This document shows positions 48,845-58,059 of a stretch of 64,000 bases of DNA, piece after piece (positions within the stretch are counted from its first letter, which is position 1; each line of letters begins with the position of its first letter). The notes beneath the pieces were generated by a model. It saw nothing but the letters and a program-made list of their open reading frames with translations, was not told the DNA's origin and did not search any database. The position numbers were made by a program, and so were the translations under genes. Source of the DNA: a virus (taxonomy: Duplodnaviria; Caudoviricetes); the IMG/VR virus record IMGVR_UViG_2852304943_000002, positions 252 to 64,251 of that record. One strand, 5' to 3'.

Positions 48845-51800
48845 TGGGCAAAGGTGGCGGTGGAGGAATCACTCCAAGGTTGCTCGATGACAACTTAAAA
48901 AACAAACAATTTCTTAATGTCATCGATTTAGTTTCAGAAGGGCCAATAGAAGGGCCTGTGGGTGGTATGTCAGGTTTTCTATTGAATGGAACTCCTGTTG
49001 TAGATGCAGATGGCAATCCAAATATTCATGGTGTTGAAGTTCAGTGGCGAGCAGGAACGCAAACGCAAGAACCATTAGAGGACTTTCCTTTTGTAGAAAA
49101 AGAAATTCCTGTCAATGTAGAGGTAAAAAAAAGCACACCAATCTTACGCACTATTTCAGATCAGGAAACTGACCGCGTTAGATTCACTTTGGGGGTTTCT
49201 GCTCTTGTTAGTCAAGATGACAAGGGAAATCAGCACGATGCTACGGTAGAAATGCTTATTGAAGTTAATGATGGTTCTGGTTGGACACATGCAGAAACAG
49301 CAAAAATAACCGGAAAAATCAGTGGCCAATATTTAGAATCATATATCATTGATGCGCCTAAAAAGAAACCTTTCCAAATTAGAGTTTCACGATTAACAGA
49401 TGATAGTAAAAGTGATCTACTGAAAAACGGAACGGTATGGGCAAGCTACACAGAAATAACTGACGCTAAATTCTCTTACCCTAATTCTGCCGTCGTCGGG
49501 ATGAAAATCGATAAATCCCAATACGGTGATACACCCAATCGCACCTATCATATTAAAGGGATGATTATCCAAGTTCCTGATAACTATGATCCGGAGTCTC
49601 GTACTTACACTGGCATCTGGACTGGTCGCTTCAAGCCCGCATGGACTAATAACCCTGCATGGGTTTTTTACGATTTAGTCACTAATGAACGATACGGTAT
49701 AGGAGAGATGATCGGCTCGTTTGGCGTTGATAAATTCGCGCTATATGCCATTGCTCGTTACTGTGATGAATTGGTTGATGATGGGTTTGGCAACAAAGAG
49801 CCTCGCTTTACTTTTAATGCCTACATTACCTCTCAACGAAAAGCCAAAGAAGTGCTTGATGACTTAGCGTCCGTATTTCGCGGTATGCCTTTATGGGACG
49901 GACAGCAATTAACGTGCTTTCAAGATAGACCATCAGATCCAGTATGGACGTACACAAACTCAAATGTTATTGATGGAAAATTTAAATATACATCAACAGC
50001 GAAATCAGCTCGTCATAATGCTATCGAGGTGTCATGGATAAACCCGAGTAATGGATGGAGTGAAGAAAGAGAATTTATCCAAGATGATGATCTCATTCAG
50101 CGATTCGGCGGTGTAAATGTTAAGAAAGTTACTGCTTTTGGTTGCACTAGTCGCGGACAGGCTCACAGAGTGGGTAAGTGGATATTACAGACAGAAAAGC
50201 TGGAGAAAGATAGCGTTACATTCTCAACAGGAAGAGAGGGGATTAACTGCATCTCTGGCGATATTATTGAGGTAGCAGACGATAGCTTTGCAGGAGTGAA
50301 GGTAGGTGGTCGGGTTCTATCAGTTAATGGTAGCGCTATTACTATTGATGCGCCTATAGATTGGAAATATGACGATAAAGGTACTTTCTCATTTTTAGGG
50401 ACATCAGGCAGGTTCGAGAAAATAGAAATTCAATCTATCGATGGTGATATTGTCACTTTGCGTGAGGTTCCTCGTGGACTGAAACAATATGGTGTATTTT
50501 CTATTACCAAAAGCATGCTAATAACAAGATTGTTTCGAGTTATTACCATTTCAGAAAATAATGATGGAAATTACTTATACAACTGTATTCAGCATGAACC
50601 TCAAAAGGAAAGCATTGTTGATAATGGAGTTGATTTTACTGGGAACCCGCCAACGCAGAATGTTATTCGCATTCCTAATATAGAGCGTCTTTCTATTGCT
50701 TACGTTGATGATAGCCCTCAAGTTCAAGCTAGGGCTATGTGGGTAACAACAGCCATTAATAGAAATATTTCATTTAATGTCACTCTTTATAAAAACAGCA
50801 AGGTTGTATCTACTGGTAATACCACAGATTTAGAGTACTACTTTAATGGGCTTGAAGCCGGTGACTATCTTGTTGGGGTGAGAGGTCAAGACGCTAATGG
50901 AATGCTTGGTAATGAATCAAAAGTCCAGATGGTTATTGGTACGCCAAGTGCACCTAGCTCAATAATTGTTGAGTCTGGTTTTTTTGAAATAAAATTAATC
51001 CCTCATATCGCTGCGCCACACACTCTAAATACCGAGTTTGAGTTCTGGTTTTCTGGTGAAATAAAAATAAATAATATCAATGAGATAGAGTCAAAAGCTG
51101 ATTTCTTAAGTCGCGCTAAGTTCTGGACAAAAGGGCAATTAAAGCCGGGGCGTGATTACTGGTTTTATGTAAGAAGCGTAAATGAATATGGGAAGTCTCA
51201 TTTTGTAGAAGCTAAAGGACAAGTTGACGGTAACATAGACGCTATTCTTGAAGAATTAGCGGGGCAAATCAGCCGAGACCAACTCGCACAAGACTTATTG
51301 GGTGAAATTAACAGTAAAGCTAACCAAATCGATATTACTGAATTACATGAGTTGATGAGGATAAATCATGACAAGATTTTATCTGAGTTGATGAGGCATG
51401 GAGCAACGATTGAAGAAAGTGAAAAAAAATGGGAGGAGGCAGGAAAATTACTGGCTGAGCGGATAAATCAAGTTTCAACGGCAACAGAAGCACAGGCAGC
51501 CGCAATTAAACAAGAGCAACAAGCACGTATTGAGACTGATAAAACCGAAGCACAACAACGCCAATTCTTAGCCACTCAACTTCGTGGTGATTATACCGGT
51601 AATGATTTATCGAAAGTCACCGCAGGACTCATTTCCGCAGAGAAACAAGCACGTGTTACAGGCGACCAAGCAGAAGCGAAAGCCCGACAATCACTGGAAA
51701 CACGGATGAATGGGAATGTTTCAGCGATTAATAAATCATTAGAAACCCTCACCTCGAAACAGCAAGCACAAACGCAAGAGATTTCAACGCTCAATTCAAA

Positions 51801-52989
51801 TCTTAAGGGGAAAGCTGATAGCAGTGTGGTGAATGCGTTAAATACGCGAGTAACTAATCTCGATGGCAAAGTGATGTCCGCAACCTCTCAGGTACAAACG
51901 TTATCCAGCAAATTAGATACAGTGAAAGCCGATTTAACGGAGTCTGTGGTGGTGGATTTAGATTTATCTAAACTCAATGAAAACACCTATTATCCGATTA
52001 TTTTGCCATTAGTAACTTCTCGACGTTATGCCTTTAAGGTTTTTAGGACATTAGGGCAATATAGAGACAATAAACCGAGCTATGCGACTCACAATACCAA
52101 AGGTTTTGCCATGATTGTGGAATGGCAAGTGAGTGGTTCTGGATGGGGAACCCAGTCTGAAAACCGCATCATTGATAATTTTGATTGGCGATGGACAAAT
52201 CAATCCCCTGTGATGGGGCCAGCTCAATTAACGAATGGTTCTGTGGAATATATCTATTTGCGAGGAGGTGCTAAATATCAGCTCACTAAGCATAAAAGTG
52301 TTAACCATCAAATTATCACCCGCACTTATACCAATAACAAACAATCGGTGGCACCAAAAGGATTTGTGGCGAATGAAGTACCTAAGTCCAGCGAACAGAA
52401 AGCCAATGCAACGGCGAATGCGGTAAACCAACTTGAAACTAAGGTGACTGAGGTCTCAGGTAAAGTGACCTCTACCGCCCAGCAAGTCACTCGCCTTGAA
52501 AGCCAAGTGGGTACAAGTTCAGCCAAAATCGAACAAACGTCGAAAGTGGTCACCGACATAAATGGCAAAATTTCCGCATCATGGACAATGAAAGTTCAGC
52601 AAGATAGCAAAGGGAATAAAGTCATTACGGGCATTGGCTTAGGGTTTAATGCACAAGGAAATAGCCAATTTCTGGTCAATGCCCAAAACTTTGCAGTGAT
52701 ATCGTCATTAAATGGCAAAGTGGTGACACCGTTTATCGTGAAGAATGGACAGGTGGTTGTTAATGAAGCTTTTATTGGTGATGCAACTATTACCAGTGCA
52801 AAAATAGCTAATGTATTGCAATCAACCAATTTCAGCCATGCAAACAAGGTGGGCTATCAACTTAATATGCGCACTGGTGAAGAAATTAAATATGGGAATA
52901 ACGCTCAGGGGTACTGGATTGAAACAAACATATTAAAACGTTTGTTTGATAAAAAAGGCACAATGCGTATCAGAATGGGGATATGGTAA
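48844..52989 (+). CDS. Central tail tip / host specificity protein J
   Basis: MGKGGGG, SEGPIEG, WTNNPAW, FN3 repeats, C-terminal FIGDATITSAKI. Confidence 0.93.
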   Translation: MGKGGGGGITPRLLDDNLKNKQFLNVIDLVSEGPIEGPVGGMSGFLLNGTPVVDADGNPNIHGVEVQWRAGTQTQEPLEDFPFVEKEIPVNVEVKKSTPILRTISDQETDRVRFTLGVSALVSQDDKGNQHDATVEMLIEVNDGSGWTHAETAKITGKISGQYLESYIIDAPKKKPFQIRVSRLTDDSKSDLLKNGTVWASYTEITDAKFSYPNSAVVGMKIDKSQYGDTPNRTYHIKGMIIQVPDNYDPESRTYTGIWTGRFKPAWTNNPAWVFYDLVTNERYGIGEMIGSFGVDKFALYAIARYCDELVDDGFGNKEPRFTFNAYITSQRKAKEVLDDLASVFRGMPLWDGQQLTCFQDRPSDPVWTYTNSNVIDGKFKYTSTAKSARHNAIEVSWINPSNGWSEEREFIQDDDLIQRFGGVNVKKVTAFGCTSRGQAHRVGKWILQTEKLEKDSVTFSTGREGINCISGDIIEVADDSFAGVKVGGRVLSVNGSAITIDAPIDWKYDDKGTFSFLGTSGRFEKIEIQSIDGDIVTLREVPRGLKQYGVFSITKSMLITRLFRVITISENNDGNYLYNCIQHEPQKESIVDNGVDFTGNPPTQNVIRIPNIERLSIAYVDDSPQVQARAMWVTTAINRNISFNVTLYKNSKVVSTGNTTDLEYYFNGLEAGDYLVGVRGQDANGMLGNESKVQMVIGTPSAPSSIIVESGFFEIKLIPHIAAPHTLNTEFEFWFSGEIKINNINEIESKADFLSRAKFWTKGQLKPGRDYWFYVRSVNEYGKSHFVEAKGQVDGNIDAILEELAGQISRDQLAQDLLGEINSKANQIDITELHELMRINHDKILSELMRHGATIEESEKKWEEAGKLLAERINQVSTATEAQAAAIKQEQQARIETDKTEAQQRQFLATQLRGDYTGNDLSKVTAGLISAEKQARVTGDQAEAKARQSLETRMNGNVSAINKSLETLTSKQQAQTQEISTLNSNLKGKADSSVVNALNTRVTNLDGKVMSATSQVQTLSSKLDTVKADLTESVVVDLDLSKLNENTYYPIILPLVTSRRYAFKVFRTLGQYRDNKPSYATHNTKGFAMIVEWQVSGSGWGTQSENRIIDNFDWRWTNQSPVMGPAQLTNGSVEYIYLRGGAKYQLTKHKSVNHQIITRTYTNNKQSVAPKGFVANEVPKSSEQKANATANAVNQLETKVTEVSGKVTSTAQQVTRLESQVGTSSAKIEQTSKVVTDINGKISASWTMKVQQDSKGNKVITGIGLGFNAQGNSQFLVNAQNFAVISSLNGKVVTPFIVKNGQVVVNEAFIGDATITSAKIANVLQSTNFSHANKVGYQLNMRTGEEIKYGNNAQGYWIETNILKRLFDKKGTMRIRMGIW

Positions 52990-53351
52990 TGGGCATGGGT
53001 TTAGAAATATATGATGAGAAAGGGCGACTCATTATTGGAGAAGACACTATTATACCGCGCCACTTGGGGCAATTTGACCTTCCTTTGTCCCAATATGGAT
53101 CTCTTACTATTCCTGAGATTTCCTTAGGAGGTGAGGTTGTTTGCCATTTCTGGCTACGGTATCGCTCTCGATGGAGTGGTGAATTTCATGTAGATAAGCC
53201 TAATGAGAGAACAGAGTACTCCATATCTGGGAACACGTTAAATTACCGCGTTGATTACAATATCTATCGCTGGGAGAACAATGGCTCTGGTGGTGGGCAG
53301 ACACAAGCGAATGACTCATTCTCAAGTCATGTTGTCGTATGGGTGGTGTGA
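52983..53351 (+). CDS. Tail-associated protein
   Basis: GLEIYDEKG motif, follows J. Confidence 0.65.
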   Translation: MVMGMGLEIYDEKGRLIIGEDTIIPRHLGQFDLPLSQYGSLTIPEISLGGEVVCHFWLRYRSRWSGEFHVDKPNERTEYSISGNTLNYRVDYNIYRWENNGSGGGQTQANDSFSSHVVVWVV

Positions 53352-53352
53352 A

Positions 53353-53967
53353 ATGGTTGGTGTAGAAATTTACACAAATAATAGGCTGATACAATTAACC
53401 GATAAACTCGAAACAATATGTGTTTTGAGAAAAGCAACTCCTGATGAACTAACGTCATCATCAGGCCCTCATGATAGCTATCCGAGAATCTATGCGTTAA
53501 ATAGCCAATGGATGGTTGCTCCGATTTCCAAGGTAAGCATACCTCAACACGGAGTTGGTCTTGAAGTTTATGATGAGCAAGGGAAAATGAAATTTTCATC
53601 TCTTGCTAAGTTGGTCTGCTTTGAGAAATATTATGATGTCAATACGGGGAGCGCTGGCAAAGGCTCATTAAGAATCGCAGGCAAAAGTGGTCATCGGTAT
53701 GGCATGATTAAGACTCGCTCTATGGGGTATTTTCATAATACAAACATACGAAGCTACATAGACCCTGACACGTGGGATGAAGTTTGGACATTCAAAAGAT
53801 ATAGCGAGCGTTATGTCTTGGTTGATGATGTGGGAGGGTTAACATTTGAGTATCGATACGAGTTCTTAGGAGAAGAGGATGGCTGGATAAGTATGCCTCC
53901 GAGTCGAGAAGGTTCTGGATTAATGGAACAAGGGCTTATGATAGACGTTTCAATGTTAGAAGATTAA
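53353..53967 (+). CDS. Tail-associated protein
   Basis: GLEVYDEQG..FSS motif. Confidence 0.65.
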   Translation: MVGVEIYTNNRLIQLTDKLETICVLRKATPDELTSSSGPHDSYPRIYALNSQWMVAPISKVSIPQHGVGLEVYDEQGKMKFSSLAKLVCFEKYYDVNTGSAGKGSLRIAGKSGHRYGMIKTRSMGYFHNTNIRSYIDPDTWDEVWTFKRYSERYVLVDDVGGLTFEYRYEFLGEEDGWISMPPSREGSGLMEQGLMIDVSMLED

Positions 53968-54016
53968 ATACCGCACTAATGTGGTTTTTTTGTATCTAAA
54001 TTTTAGGAAATAAATC

Positions 54017-55648
54017 ATGATATACACAACAGGCACTGTTAGCACAGTGTCAGGGTCTGCTGTTGTCTCTGGCACAGGTACCATTATTTTAATTAAAAAT
54101 GGTAATGCTAATTTTATTTATATGGTGGACAGGGTTAATAGCGATACAGAATTAGTCATTTCACAACCGGCTACATTTACCGTAAAAAACACCAGTTACA
54201 GTATTAATCTTACTGAGCCGAACTCATACAGCGACGCTAATAATCGTATGACCGCTATTGCATCAGATACGACGTATTTTCTGCGAGCAATGGATCAATG
54301 GATGATGAATAACGGTGTGGTGACAGTAGAGCTATCTAATGGGCAGAAGGTCACACTCGATAGCATTAAGAAGATGCAGGGGGATATTGGTAAAAAGTTA
54401 TCACCTGGTGATTTTGGGGTAGGTTCTAGCGCATTAAACTCCGACAAAGTGAACACACCAACAAATAAAGATGCAAATAATCTAAATTATAGTGGATTTT
54501 ATGCTGGTGATGGAGTTGGCGCTTTAAATTATTTAGATAACTACATGCCAATTATAAATGCATCAAGAAATGGTGGCGGTGATGGGACCGGCAGTATTTT
54601 ACAAATTCAAGCGACAAGTGATTTTGATAATGGAGATATAGGGTTTAGAAGAAGAAGCAATAACATATGGAATGGATGGCAATTGTTAGCAAATAGAACG
54701 ACGAGTAACACACAGGCATTTAACGGACAAGTGGTATCTTACTCTGGCTTATATAGTTTTGATAAAAATAACTCAAAAACATACTTTGGTTTTTTAAGAG
54801 CAAACACAGGAGATCCGTTTGGTTTTTACTGTAGTTATAATGGTGTTGGGTATTCAGTTCGTTTTCAAGAAAAGAAAAGCGGAACGATAATGCTGGTTGG
54901 TGACTATGGATTAGGAACAACATCAAGAAATGCTTCCATGGGTTCTCCATCAGTAAATGACATAAAAGCACTGGATTTAAGCGGATTTTTTTCCGGTGGA
55001 GGCTCTGGTGCTATTAATCTACATGACCCCTTTGCTCCTCTAATTTCAGCATCAAGAGCTGGAGGGGGTGATGGAACAGGTTCAATGCTTTACATACAAG
55101 GAAACGCCAAAGCGCTAGCATATTGTTACCGTAATATGAGCTCATATACACCATGGATAAATTTATGGGGCTCGAGCAATACTACAGTAGACAGTAATGG
55201 TTTTATTAAACGAGCCTCTCCTGTAATTAACATCAATCCCGACGGCACATTCACCACTAACGACGAATCAGAAGGTGCTACAGTTACTCGAGTAGCTCAG
55301 GGTGAATATCTTATCGAGGGTGTACTCGGCTTTAACTCAGATGCAGGTTGGGGTGGTGTTGATGGTGGTATTGAAATTCCACTCGATGTTAATAAACAGC
55401 CGTTGATATGGGTAGACTCTGAAGTTATGGAGGACGGTTCTATCCTCGTGAGAACGTATCATCGAACTCATCCTAATGCACCTAAATTCGCCCGTAATGA
55501 TATTGATGGTTACAAAGACGGCGACCCAATTGATATCCCTGATGGTCGTTTTATTTCCGTTCGTGTACAGATGCCAGAGCAATCCATCTATAATGTGAGA
55601 ATGCGTGAGATGGAAGAAGCGCTGAAAGCGGAAGAAAGGCCCCAATAA
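54017..55648 (+). CDS. Side tail fibre with two internal knob-like repeats; C-terminus cut by an insert
   Basis: Repeat GD(F/Y)G.G...SGF..G...ASR.GGGDGTGS.L.IQ twice; NTTVDSNGFIKRASP; stop codon lies in the insert hairpin. Confidence 0.85.
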   Translation: MIYTTGTVSTVSGSAVVSGTGTIILIKNGNANFIYMVDRVNSDTELVISQPATFTVKNTSYSINLTEPNSYSDANNRMTAIASDTTYFLRAMDQWMMNNGVVTVELSNGQKVTLDSIKKMQGDIGKKLSPGDFGVGSSALNSDKVNTPTNKDANNLNYSGFYAGDGVGALNYLDNYMPIINASRNGGGDGTGSILQIQATSDFDNGDIGFRRRSNNIWNGWQLLANRTTSNTQAFNGQVVSYSGLYSFDKNNSKTYFGFLRANTGDPFGFYCSYNGVGYSVRFQEKKSGTIMLVGDYGLGTTSRNASMGSPSVNDIKALDLSGFFSGGGSGAINLHDPFAPLISASRAGGGDGTGSMLYIQGNAKALAYCYRNMSSYTPWINLWGSSNTTVDSNGFIKRASPVININPDGTFTTNDESEGATVTRVAQGEYLIEGVLGFNSDAGWGGVDGGIEIPLDVNKQPLIWVDSEVMEDGSILVRTYHRTHPNAPKFARNDIDGYKDGDPIDIPDGRFISVRVQMPEQSIYNVRMREMEEALKAEERPQ

Positions 55649-55656
55649 GGGGCCTT
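55636..55656 (-). terminator. 8-bp hairpin AAGGCCCC-aataa-GGGGCCTT, likely terminator of the orphan ORF
   Basis: Perfect inverted repeat 7 nt after the stop codon. Confidence 0.6.
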
Positions 55657-55663
55657 AGGGTGC

Positions 55664-56335
55664 TTAGTCTTTCTTTTCGAAGACATCGGGGATATCGGGG
55701 ATATCGGGGATATCGGGGTCAAAGCCGCCGTCATCACCACCGTCGCCACCATCTTCGCCGTCGCCACCATCTTCGCCGCTGTTTTCCGGGTAACCGCCTG
55801 AATCACCACCTTCTGGCAATAAGCCTTCGGGGTCTGGGTCGGAAACGGTGCCGATCACATCGCCAGCACTTTCAGGCGGGGTCGGGTCGTTTCCGTCAAC
55901 TACTGCTGGGGCAGGAACGCCGGTCAGTTTGCGCAGGATCATTTTAACAGCCTTACCGCCAATCCGGACGATAACTTGGGCTGCCACGCCGGCTACGATC
56001 TGAATTCCTAAGTTCTCAAGTTCCTTATCGGTCGCAGACGCGGGCATGTAGTTTTGCGGCCAGTTCAGATTGCTTTTGGCCGCTTGCAGAACTTGTTTGT
56101 ACAGATTGCGCTGCTCTGCGCCGGTCGGCCCTACGATTAGCGAACAACTGTAGGTGCTGAGAGTGTTAGAGCCTTCTGGCTCCATCACGTCGATAGAAAC
56201 CAACTTCTGCGCGTCGCGCTGTGCGGCTTCTTGAACCGCGCCTGAAAGCTGGTTCAGGTTGTAGCAGAACGCAGTAAAGCAAACATTCCCGAAAGCATCG
56301 GTGAATTGCAGGCGAAGAGGGTTTGATACATTCAT
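55664..56335 (-). CDS. Unrecognised 223-aa protein: globular N-part, cationic hydrophobic helix, acidic Gly/Pro-rich tail
   Basis: Strong RBS AAGAAGGAG; tandem GGDGED and PDI repeats. Confidence 0.75.
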   Translation of the reverse strand: MNVSNPLRLQFTDAFGNVCFTAFCYNLNQLSGAVQEAAQRDAQKLVSIDVMEPEGSNTLSTYSCSLIVGPTGAEQRNLYKQVLQAAKSNLNWPQNYMPASATDKELENLGIQIVAGVAAQVIVRIGGKAVKMILRKLTGVPAPAVVDGNDPTPPESAGDVIGTVSDPDPEGLLPEGGDSGGYPENSGEDGGDGEDGGDGGDDGGFDPDIPDIPDIPDVFEKKD

Positions 56336-56380
56336 TGCTAATCTCCTTCTTGTATGAGCTCTCTATTGTGAGCGAATAAA

Positions 56381-56567
56381 CGAAACTTGCTAACGCGCAG
56401 GCCTCGTCAGATACCACCTTTGGCGATTTTTCTATGGCCACAGCGGAAATTGTTGCCACACCCCAAACCCCGCCTATCGGGGCTAGTCCAGCGAAAAGAG
56501 GCTCCTTTACCTAGCTTGGCCTGACCGACTTTCGTTGGTAGCGGGATGATCCGGGCTGCAGGTTTCG
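56381..56567 (+). ncRNA. Candidate ~187-nt multi-stem structured RNA or ssDNA element
   Basis: Terminal 10-bp stem CGAAACTTGC/GCAGGTTTCG with nested stems; G-U pairs favour the + strand. Confidence 0.5.
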
Positions 56568-56703
56568 GTGCTGGTTGTTGTCGTTCAACTTCGGACGTAA
56601 CAACTGGCATATTGAGGCGTTCTTTATAAGCGACACCTGAGGCGGCTAAATCGACATTGATTTTGTCTTTTTTTTCTTGAGATAAGTTTGCAAGGTTTCT
56701 CAT
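56568..56703 (-). pseudogene. holE: DNA polymerase III theta (HolE/Hot-like) homolog, truncated after ~45 codons
   Basis: [39 protein letters not shown] matches HolE, then runs into foreign sequence. Confidence 0.85.
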
Positions 56704-56858
56704 TCTATAAGCTATATTAATGTATGTAGAATAAGTATAGCATAGGAATAGGGCGAGGATTGAACTTTAACTATGGTAAATCTGATGTGGGTTTTACACC
56801 AAGCAAATTCCAAGTATAAGAAAATCAACCATTAGTGGTTGTTTTTCTTAAATAAAAA

Positions 56859-56910
56859 TGGTCGGCATGATAGGATTTGAACCTACGACCCCAGACTCCC
56901 CATGACAGTG
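56859..56910 (-). other. 3' fragment of tRNA-Pro(GGG) (att-site relic)
   Basis: Reverse complement cactgtcatggggagtctggggtcgtaggttcaaatcctatcatgccgacca: T-loop GGTTCAAATCC, CCA end, no 5' half. Confidence 0.8.
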
Positions 56911-56927
56911 TATAATATAATATTAAT

Positions 56928-57737
56928 TTAAGGCTTTTTTAAACTTGATGGGTAAGGGGGACGCTGGTTAATATATTGAAAAATAAATACACATATCACG
57001 GAAAAGCCCATAATACGCATCACCCATGGAGAACTACTATCTCTAACGGGGCGGGGTGTAGAAATAAAAGCCTCTGGAGAGGTGAATGAGTAAATAATCA
57101 TTAATAGGATCATTATTGGAAACAATAGTGACAACAATAAAAGAATTACATCTAATGCTTTTTTACTAAAAGTTTTTTGGGATTTTTTCTTTTTTCTTGA
57201 TAGTTTTTTCTGTTTACTAAAGATAGATTTTACACCTATTAGTTTTCCTTTCTCCCTAACATCGTTTTTATCTCCAGTATGGAGAATTTCTATTCTAGCA
57301 CCTTCATTTTTTTCAATAAAATCAAAATCAATAAGAATACAATTAGGATATTCACTGTCAGTCTTTAGCTCTATATTATTAATAGGATTGTTTGATGCTA
57401 CGGCTTGATAACGCAATAATTGAATTTCCCTGCTAAACTCAATTCTTAGAGGTTCTTTAGTAGCTAATGCACTTTTTGTTATAACAGAGTTACCCGAATT
57501 CCAAATAACAAATTCAGAAGAAGATACACTTTCTACTAATGAGCCATCATACATTACACTTATTTACTGTGGTAGGCTCGAGTGGTTTTTATTTATGAGG
57601 TTTGAAAATTCATGGCAGCTAGAGATTTTATAAACTTTACGAGTTAAAACATAAATAAAAATGGCTATAAGAATACCAATGATCCCAATCACTGTACCCA
57701 GCGCGGAATTTGATAAAATATTATTAACTGTATCCAC
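56928..57737 (-). pseudogene. Membrane protein (1 N-terminal and 2 C-terminal TM) with an in-frame TAA at 57564-57566
   Basis: GGAG RBS and GTG at 57737, in frame with ORF 56928-57554. Confidence 0.65.
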
Positions 57738-57755
57738 TCTTGGTCTCCAATATAA

Positions 57756-57941
57756 AAAAGGCTCACCGAAGTGAGCCTTTTTGAACTCGAAATAATCCGC
57801 GTACGATTTGCGTATGATTTAGAGTCCTATCTGTGTCAGTGTGTAGTCCTGATGATTTCGCTAACTTCTTGTTTTTGAAATCGTTGTCCTATCACTGACC
57901 CACCAAATTTGGTGGAGCTGGCGGGAGTTGAACCCGCGTCC
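57756..57941. repeat. ~185-bp direct repeat, copy 2; right att of the lambdoid prophage
   Basis: Near-identical to 6928-7109; includes terminator aaaggctcac-cgaa-gtgagccttt. Confidence 0.92.
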
Positions 57942-57953
57942 GAAATTTCTACA
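57910..57953 (-). other. ssrA: Displaced 3' end of tmRNA; att junction shared by the lambdoid and P2-like prophages
   Basis: Reverse complement tgtagaaatttcggacgcgggttcaactcccgccagctccacca is the enterobacterial tmRNA 3' end; the rest of ssrA is absent here. Confidence 0.9.
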
Positions 57954-58059
57954 TTCTCTTGTGGTGTCTAGGTAAAACAATGACTTGTTATAAATATCAA
58001 TAAGATAATTAGTGATAACTGGTGCTATTTAGTGCGGGTTTGTGCTCGTTTGTGGTTTA

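Larger units (their letters stand above)
55636..56567. mobile_element. GC-rich foreign cassette with structured termini
   Basis: Abrupt rise in GC; interrupts tail fibre and holE-like genes; hairpins at both junctions. Confidence 0.7.
7080..57941. mobile_element. Lambdoid siphovirus prophage (~50.9 kb) integrated at the ssrA 3' end
   Basis: Flanking ssrA-derived att cores; int/xis, immunity, replication, lysis, head and lambda-like tail modules in canonical order. Confidence 0.93.

Noticed and set aside
54400-55100. Tail-fibre repeats as an invertible or DGR system
   Set aside because: Diverged in-frame direct repeats; no invertase or RT nearby
55660-55947. Arg/His-rich + strand ORF (and the 55588-55809 minus ORF)
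   Set aside because: Shadow frames of the tandem repeats in the 223-aa gene
56365-56381. lac operator-like ATTGTGAGCGAATAAAC with nearby SacI and PstI sites, suggesting vector DNA
   Set aside because: Only a half-site match and no other vector sequence
56381-56567. Hammerhead or HDV-like ribozyme (CTGACGAG and GAAA motifs on the minus strand)
   Set aside because: Could not build stems I-III around the core in any permutation; HDV P1.1/P2 pairings are absent
55636-56567. Retron, DGR or Obelisk identity for the insert
   Set aside because: No reverse transcriptase in the window, no TR/VR pair, no long msd hairpin or whole-length rod, and the ORF does not resemble Oblin-1 as I know it
56407-56703. 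98-aa ORF as an intact gene
   Set aside because: Chimera of the holE-like 5' half and read-through into the insert
56859-57953. Functional tRNA-Pro or tmRNA genes
   Set aside because: Only 3' fragments are present; they are att relics
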